Shown here piece after piece: positions 57,363 to 64,000 of a stretch of DNA of 64,000 nucleotides. Each line of letters starts with the position of its first letter. Position 1 is the stretch's first letter. The DNA lies in assembly GCA_020184695.1 (NCBI GenBank), contig JAANOX010000191.1, positions 1 to 64,000 of the forward strand. The letters are read 5' to 3'. Both the position numbers and the translations under genes were made by a program. The DNA comes from Histomonas meleagridis 2922-C6/04-290x. Taxonomy: Eukaryota > Protista > Parabasalia. The notes under the pieces were generated by a model, which worked only from the letters and a program-made list of their open reading frames with translations, did not search any database and was not told where the DNA came from.

Positions 57363-58349
57363 TTATAAGTTCTGATAACTTCCGCTTCTTTTTGGCGACG
57401 CATTTTTACTTGTCAAATTCCTCAAATTTCTTGAAGAAGAATTTTTCGGCGAAAAAGAGTCGTTCAAATTACTCATTCTTGAGTTTCTCCCGGAGTTCTT
57501 TGCAGGGCTCTGTCGCAGTGTTGTAGAGATTGTCTTAAATAAACTTTGTGGTACTTCAAAAGAATTTTCTTCGAGTAAATTCGAAAGTTTCGCTTCAAAT
57601 TCTTTCAAGTATTCATTTGTCGCTTTTCCTGGTGCAACAAGTGCAATGTCTTTTATTGCGTTACGAATTGCACCGCTAAGACGTATCTCAAAAATGGACT
57701 TTTCACGATCAGTTTGGACATCAGATTCCCCAGAAATCTTTGATATCCCATCTTTAAGTGCCTTGGAAAGTTTAAGAATTTCGGTTTTTTGAACATCAAT
57801 AACTCGAGCGGATTTGGTTTTGTAGTCATCTTCGAGTTTTTTGAGACGCTTTTCGAGATCTATAGAATTGATTTCATTGGCCATGTTTTGGAGTTCCTTT
57901 GCAAGAGCAAAGTTGTGACATTCAGCTGCTGTACGAGATTTGGCTATGAGTTCTTCATAATCTGGACTTTTACGTTGGATTTCTCGCATTTTTAATGTGG
58001 AAAGTTCTGCTTGAAGTTGAATTAATTCTTGGATTTGTGAATTCCTGGTTTCATTGAAGCGTGCACTTATGTTACGCCTTAAACCAAGAATTCTTTGATC
58101 TCTGTGTTGATTGATATTTTGGAATGTAGCTTTCATATTTTCGATAGTTGAATCGAAATAAGAAAATAAGTCTTCTCTAATTTGATTAATTGCATCTATT
58201 TGACGTTGATTATTTTTTGATTGAATTTGTTGTTCTAATTCTTCTGCTTTGGAATAATCAAGACTAGCTATAGCTATTTTCTGTAATCTAATTAGCTCTG
58301 CATTTTCTGGTTTTGATTTTTGAAATCTTGGGGAGTGATTATTTTTCAT
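57363..58349 (-). CDS. Hypothetical coiled-coil protein
   Basis: 328-aa ORF rich in E/Q/K/L heptads with a Ser/Pro/Arg-rich tail. Confidence 0.7.
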   Translation of the reverse strand: MKNNHSPRFQKSKPENAELIRLQKIAIASLDYSKAEELEQQIQSKNNQRQIDAINQIREDLFSYFDSTIENMKATFQNINQHRDQRILGLRRNISARFNETRNSQIQELIQLQAELSTLKMREIQRKSPDYEELIAKSRTAAECHNFALAKELQNMANEINSIDLEKRLKKLEDDYKTKSARVIDVQKTEILKLSKALKDGISKISGESDVQTDREKSIFEIRLSGAIRNAIKDIALVAPGKATNEYLKEFEAKLSNLLEENSFEVPQSLFKTISTTLRQSPAKNSGRNSRMSNLNDSFSPKNSSSRNLRNLTSKNASPKRSGSYQNL

Positions 58350-58469
58350 CTGTTTGTAATATCTAACGGTTTCAAAAAGTGACGAAATAAACGTTCTTTA
58401 CAATAATCATTTCACAGTACTGTTAATAATTTCAATCATTTTTTTGTGGTCGAAGCAAAACTCAAAATA

Positions 58470-58781
58470 ATGAATCAATCAGCAATTTCTGAAGATATAT
58501 TAGCAAAGTTTCTTCAAGAAACTAAAGCAATAGACGAAAAGAAAAAAACTGTAGAAGTAGAACTTCCTGCAAATTTTGTAGTTCTAGATCCTAAAAAGTC
58601 ACTTAAACAGCGAAGAGACAATGCGTTAAAAAGATTAGAAGACATTAAAAACAAAGCTGGTGTCAAACGCACAAACTATGGTAGTGTTGTTTCTGAAAGA
58701 GTATATGGAAATGTTCCGTCTGCTTCATACAAATTTAGGAAAGATGAAGAAGAAGAGGAAGAACCAACCCAAAAACAGTGA
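58470..58781 (+). CDS. Small hypothetical charged protein
   Basis: ATG at 58470, MNQSAISEDILAKFLQE..; divergent from the coiled-coil gene. Confidence 0.6.
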   Translation: MNQSAISEDILAKFLQETKAIDEKKKTVEVELPANFVVLDPKKSLKQRRDNALKRLEDIKNKAGVKRTNYGSVVSERVYGNVPSASYKFRKDEEEEEEPTQKQ

Positions 58782-58859
58782 AACAAATCACAAATTTTCG
58801 TTTATTTTTTATAAAAATAGAGTTATATATTATTAATTATTTTTAAGATTTACTAATGT

Positions 58860-61800
58860 TTACGCAAAGTATCCAAGTGAAAAGCTATATCTATAATCTT
58901 CAATATCGGGGATATTTACATTTGTATGTCTAGTCCAAAACTCCTTAACGGCCTCCACAATAATCTTCTTGAGACCGTTATCGTCGTAAAACAACCGCTC
59001 CATTTCTGAGAAAATACGATTAAGCCAATGGGGCACCTCAGTCCAACATCTTATGCTCCCAATCAAAGCGCAAGCAGATAAGACGCCGAATTGGTTATTA
59101 TCTTTTTGTTGCATTTTTGTTATTGTTTCTTCGGCGAACATTTCATAATCTTTTGCATAAAGAATATTAATTAACATTTTCATTAAAATAAGTAATTCAT
59201 TTACAATATCACCATCTTCTTTCTTAATGAATAATGGTAAAACGTTATAAAGTATATCTTCATAAATATCATTTGTAAATAAGAAAATACTATTAAAAAT
59301 AGCAACATGAATAAACCTAAGAACGTTAAGTTTTGTAAACCATTGAAGTTTCGGTGTCATTTCTTTAATTTTTTCTATGACAATTTTGAATGCGCCGATA
59401 TTTAACCCCCAAATCAATTGAGCGGTTTCCTTAAACGTATTTTTCCCTAACGGCTGATATCTATTTGTCAGATTTGAGTCGATTAACATTAACTTATCAA
59501 ATCTTTCAGCGATATAAGGCAAAAACCTTTCACTAAATACTATATTATTCATTAATTCTGACATAAAAATAATTAATTGTTCATCACATTTTCCATAATT
59601 CTTATCAAATATTTCAACAAATATTAAGTCTAATATATCATTGTTAATATATTTTGAAGATAATCGAACGAATCTTGAAGAAGCGAAAGTCGCAAACGCA
59701 GTAATAGAACTTTGTGTATGTTGTTTTAGGTCATTAAATTTAGGTAACAAAATATCTTTAAATATATTAACGAAATCTTCTTGGAAATTATTATTATATT
59801 CTGCGAAACAAGAATTTGCTATTTTTAATGCATTATTTAAGTTAATTCCTTCGGAATCTTTTAACATATTAATAATAATTTCATTTAACCAATCAAATCG
59901 ATGATAATTTAAATCGCCGACAATTCGTGAAACTAAAATATTTTGTTTAATATCATCGATTTGTTTAAAACTAAATATCTTTGTAATTGTCGGAATTAAT
60001 ATTTCTTGAATTGCTTCGTTTTGATCTTCTTTTAACCAATGTCTAATTCCACGTGAAAATCCATAAATTGCATTACATAAACATTCGATATGATTTTGTG
60101 ATTGATCCAAATAAGGAATAATTTGTTTCATTAATGATGTCATTTTATTTTTAAGGATTTGAGTAAATCGTTCCCATATTATCGAATAATCTAATGCAAC
60201 TGATTTATTATTATTTGGATTTTCATTAATATCAGGACGAATATTAACAAATTTTAGAAATATCTTTTCAACAATTTTATCGCCTAAAAGAAAATCAGTG
60301 ATTTGTTGTCGTACTTCATCAAGTCCATCATTAGGAAATGTTGAAGGAGTTTCATATATAATAATTTCATAAGGTTCACAATAATAACCAACTGTTTCTC
60401 TATCTGTTAATACATTTGGTGAATAAGGAATATGTTTCTTATTAACTAAAGGTTTAGCAATTGTCATTAAATAACCTAAGCAATCCAAATATTTCGAGTT
60501 ATTACTTGTTAATAAACATTCAAGTAATATCTTTGTAAGTTCTTTAATGGATTTAGTGTCTTGTCGAACACAAAAATCTAAAATTTCATAAAACTTTGAT
60601 TCGGATATTGTTCGATTTTGATATAAAATTGGAAGTTCTTTCATAAATTCATTAAACTCTTTACAATTATCTTCTGTTAATATTTTATATTCTTTCTTAA
60701 ATAAAAAGAATTGATTTGAATCAATGTTCCAATTCTTATCAAACTTTAATGTAATTATATCTTTAAAATATCGTGAAAGCATTTTAGGTGATTGAGTCAT
60801 TTTATTTATTAATATTCTTAATAAACTTAATGCTCCTTTAAGTTGATTTTCTGTTCGATCTTCATTTTCTAATATATCTAATTGTTTATTAACAATTTCT
60901 TCGAAATATGTTTTATTAACATAAGAAATTTGTGATAATATTAATAATGAAGTTGCTCTAATTTTAGGGAAATGTGAATATATAAATGGTTCAATAGCTT
61001 TTAATAATTTGATCATTGATTCATTTTGATCGAAATCAATATGAAATATATGTTGAATTTGTTTAACTAATATTTGTGATGAAAATAATCCATCGGTACG
61101 AATTTTAGGCTTTGGAGGATTTGGTATAACTTTTGTTTTATTTGTTGTAGGTTTCATTACAAATAGAAAATAATTTTTATAATAAATTCCTGCAACTTCT
61201 AAAGTTAATAAAATTATTTGTGAATTTTGTGTTGTGTTTAAAATTTGTGCAATTAATTCAATAAATTTGTTTTCAATTTCATATAATTCTGGAATAATAA
61301 TCGGTTCGAATGTACCAATTTGACCTTTTTTATTAAACAAATTATTAATGTGACATATACATCCGATTATATATTTTTGTGATTTATTATCAAATTCATT
61401 TAATTCATTTATTAATTTTGATATTTCATCATAAATAATTCTTGCGAAATTAATTTGAAGTGAAACATCAAATTTAAACCATTTTGGATTAACTTCAGTA
61501 ATTTTACTTTGTTTTCCCCATTGATTTAAAGCATTTTCATCAGAATTAAATTTATAATCAATGATTTCAATTGATGAAAGTGCATCTGCTAATTTATCAA
61601 TTAATGAATATGCGCATTTAAAACTGATTTTTGTTTTTTGATTAAATAAATTAATTATTAAATCTGTTAATTGTGGAAGATATTCTATTAAAGAAGGACG
61701 TGCAATTAATGTACTACTTAAACAATAAATCCAAAATTTCTTTTTTTGTTCAGATTTTTCAAACTTTTGTAGAAACTTTGGTATTAATTTATTGATAACA

Positions 61801-63530
61801 AAATCACCTTTAGCAATTGTTATTATATAAATTAAACAAGTTACATTTATCTTATTTATATCACTATTATCAATTTTCTCTAATAAATAATTTAATGTAT
61901 CTTCAATAATTTCATTATCAAATGAAGCAAAATATGCAATGAAATGTGAATATAATAATAATCGTTTTCGTACGTCATTATTTTCGGCTTTAATTTCGAC
62001 TTTCAAAAACCCATTAATTACATCATTAATTGTTGATATCATTGCATGAGAAATCATTCTTTGTTTCATTCCTAAATCATTTGTATTTTTTGTGATATAA
62101 ATATTCTTAGAAATACTTGAAATGAATTTAATTCCAATTATAACACCATTAAATGAAACTGATTTACATAATACTTTTGAAGTATCGACAATCTTTAAAA
62201 TATTATTAAAGTTTTCTTCAATATGTTCTTCATTCATCATAAATGGTACCATTCTTGTTATTGTAGATTGACAATTTATTGTTAATGTTGGAAATTCTTC
62301 ATTTTGCATATTCTCAAATAAAAATGGTAAAAATTCTTTTGTCGTTATTTCATATGAAAGTGTACACATTGATTCAATTGATGATTGTGAAGTTTTAGCA
62401 GTATGTGAATCAGTATAAAACAATGCTTCTTTAATGAATGGAATTACTATTTGTAAAAATCGTGGAATTTGTTCATCGGATATACATTTCGTATCTTTTT
62501 TAGTTTTCGATTTTTCATATAAATTTGCAACTTTATTAATAATAGTGCAATAAAAGTTTACAAATATTTTCGCATGTTTTGATTTAGGTGTAATAATTGG
62601 CTTCGAAATAGATGTAAATTCTTGTAAAACATCTAACGCTATATCTCCAAGTGTTCCTTTTACAAGTAATCGTGATATAAATTCGGCGGAATATGAACTT
62701 TGTGTATCTTTATTAATACCAATGATGAATGAAATTATATTTCGAAAATTAGCATTTTCACACTTTTGTAAAGAGATGTTCTCATTACAGACTTTAATAC
62801 TAGGATTTAATAACCGCATGATTGAACATATAATAGGATGTAGATATGGTTTCCAATCAAATGAATAAAAGTCATCTTCATCAAGATATGAAAAATATGA
62901 TATCACCATTTGGGTGATAAGTGGATGAATAGGTTCTTTAATGAGGTTAATACAGTCATTGATGAACTTGGGGAAATAACTGGATGGAATTAATTGACAA
63001 AGTGTAAATGCTGCATAAATGGAATCAGACTCAACTGTCCCAATTTTATCAATATAAAGATGATATAAACGCTCTGCATCTGAGTCAGAAATATAAAAGC
63101 GGAAGAAGGTGAAAATGGTTGTCATTTCAGGATAAAATATCTTATGGATTATTCCTCCACGTGGATTGGAATAGCTTCGCCGATACTTAAGAATCCTATC
63201 CAAGGAAATAGTGATATTAGGACGAATAGATGGCTTAGATGTGATTTTAATAAAAAGTTTTCGAGCTAAATTTTGAACTTCGAAATCAATTGGTAATTCC
63301 ATTGTAATAATATCAAACAAAAGAGGTATGATTTTTGCTGTCTTCCCTTTGTCTAATTTTAATAATTTCTTTTGAAAATAAAAATCTATGAAATTAAGGG
63401 AAAAATTAATCATAGCAGAATCTCTGGTTTCAATTCCGTTTTTTAGATTAAGAACATTCTTTTCAAGTGATTCATCTGGGTTATAATTATCTGTATCAGG
63501 TATTTGTGAAATTTTTGTTTTCCAACCCAT
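58860..63530 (-). CDS. PSME4: Proteasome activator Blm10/PA200-like HEAT protein
   Basis: 1556-aa helical protein; C-terminal GVLSACALIGS..EVPHWL..AVKEFWTRH..SLGYFA resembles the Blm10 C-terminal domain with its YYA/HbYX-type end. Confidence 0.75.
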   Translation of the reverse strand: MGWKTKISQIPDTDNYNPDESLEKNVLNLKNGIETRDSAMINFSLNFIDFYFQKKLLKLDKGKTAKIIPLLFDIITMELPIDFEVQNLARKLFIKITSKPSIRPNITISLDRILKYRRSYSNPRGGIIHKIFYPEMTTIFTFFRFYISDSDAERLYHLYIDKIGTVESDSIYAAFTLCQLIPSSYFPKFINDCINLIKEPIHPLITQMVISYFSYLDEDDFYSFDWKPYLHPIICSIMRLLNPSIKVCNENISLQKCENANFRNIISFIIGINKDTQSSYSAEFISRLLVKGTLGDIALDVLQEFTSISKPIITPKSKHAKIFVNFYCTIINKVANLYEKSKTKKDTKCISDEQIPRFLQIVIPFIKEALFYTDSHTAKTSQSSIESMCTLSYEITTKEFLPFLFENMQNEEFPTLTINCQSTITRMVPFMMNEEHIEENFNNILKIVDTSKVLCKSVSFNGVIIGIKFISSISKNIYITKNTNDLGMKQRMISHAMISTINDVINGFLKVEIKAENNDVRKRLLLYSHFIAYFASFDNEIIEDTLNYLLEKIDNSDINKINVTCLIYIITIAKGDFVINKLIPKFLQKFEKSEQKKKFWIYCLSSTLIARPSLIEYLPQLTDLIINLFNQKTKISFKCAYSLIDKLADALSSIEIIDYKFNSDENALNQWGKQSKITEVNPKWFKFDVSLQINFARIIYDEISKLINELNEFDNKSQKYIIGCICHINNLFNKKGQIGTFEPIIIPELYEIENKFIELIAQILNTTQNSQIILLTLEVAGIYYKNYFLFVMKPTTNKTKVIPNPPKPKIRTDGLFSSQILVKQIQHIFHIDFDQNESMIKLLKAIEPFIYSHFPKIRATSLLILSQISYVNKTYFEEIVNKQLDILENEDRTENQLKGALSLLRILINKMTQSPKMLSRYFKDIITLKFDKNWNIDSNQFFLFKKEYKILTEDNCKEFNEFMKELPILYQNRTISESKFYEILDFCVRQDTKSIKELTKILLECLLTSNNSKYLDCLGYLMTIAKPLVNKKHIPYSPNVLTDRETVGYYCEPYEIIIYETPSTFPNDGLDEVRQQITDFLLGDKIVEKIFLKFVNIRPDINENPNNNKSVALDYSIIWERFTQILKNKMTSLMKQIIPYLDQSQNHIECLCNAIYGFSRGIRHWLKEDQNEAIQEILIPTITKIFSFKQIDDIKQNILVSRIVGDLNYHRFDWLNEIIINMLKDSEGINLNNALKIANSCFAEYNNNFQEDFVNIFKDILLPKFNDLKQHTQSSITAFATFASSRFVRLSSKYINNDILDLIFVEIFDKNYGKCDEQLIIFMSELMNNIVFSERFLPYIAERFDKLMLIDSNLTNRYQPLGKNTFKETAQLIWGLNIGAFKIVIEKIKEMTPKLQWFTKLNVLRFIHVAIFNSIFLFTNDIYEDILYNVLPLFIKKEDGDIVNELLILMKMLINILYAKDYEMFAEETITKMQQKDNNQFGVLSACALIGSIRCWTEVPHWLNRIFSEMERLFYDDNGLKKIIVEAVKEFWTRHTNVNIPDIEDYRYSFSLGYFA

Positions 63531-64000
63531 TTTTGAAAAGTGCTTCCACCAAAGTTGGTCGAAAGAATAATTTAAGCTAAGGACTTATCAATGAATAATT
63601 ATATAATAAAAAATACTTCCAACCAAGCTCCTTAGGCTCAATTTTATAATATGGAAATAATATTTTTCAAAATATATCCTTATTTCATTTCTAAATTGAT
63701 TTAATTTATCTTAGTTTTTTATTAACACAAATCAAATTTATTTAGAAAATGGATGAAAAAAAAGTTATTTATCATTTATTTATGATTTTTTTAATTTTTT
63801 TTGTTTGATTGAAATGTGATATAAAATATAAAGAAAAGTAATAATAATTCCTGATTATTCATCTTGTTTTAATGATTAAATAGTAACAAAGATGAACATT
63901 TTGATTACTTTTAATATGCATAACATTTAACCAATCGAAAATAAACATAAAAAAATAAGCTCATTGAGCTGAAGCTCGGGACGAGTATTACAACTTAAGT

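Overview
Very AT-rich eukaryotic DNA with essentially no introns, most consistent with a parabasalid protist (Tritrichomonas/Histomonas/Trichomonas-like). That assignment is inferred from gene families: BspA-like LRR surface proteins, DUF3447-type ankyrin genes, saposin-like proteins and Maverick/mariner relics. Intact housekeeping genes include CNOT9/Rcd1, a large USP deubiquitinase, ribosomal eL42, a Blm10/PA200-like protein, an SDR and a FUT8-like glycosyltransferase. The first ~7.5 kb is a mobile-element graveyard: mariner transposase, Polinton/Maverick-like packaging ATPase and TA-flanked transposon ends. The standout feature is two paralogous DUF3447-ankyrin genes (~4990-6949 and 14385-18196). 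In both, every C-terminal ankyrin repeat is an intact, stop-free 87/90-nt module. Each module is separated from the next, always at the same position (after K-N/D), by a 40-200 nt AT-rich spacer. Read-through hits a stop within the spacer or, out of frame, early in the next module. Spacer lengths cover all three frames, the spacers have no usable GT-AG ends, and they are bounded by short near-direct repeats that co-vary between the two loci. This looks like a non-canonical intron or translational-bypass system, but this is inference and needs RNA or protein data. Other notable items: a Bacteroidetes fimbrillin-like domain on a parabasalid membrane stalk, shuffled surface-protein modules, a Rho-like GTPase fused to a multi-TM domain, and a four-saposin polyprotein. 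Several single-base homopolymer frameshifts may be assembly errors.
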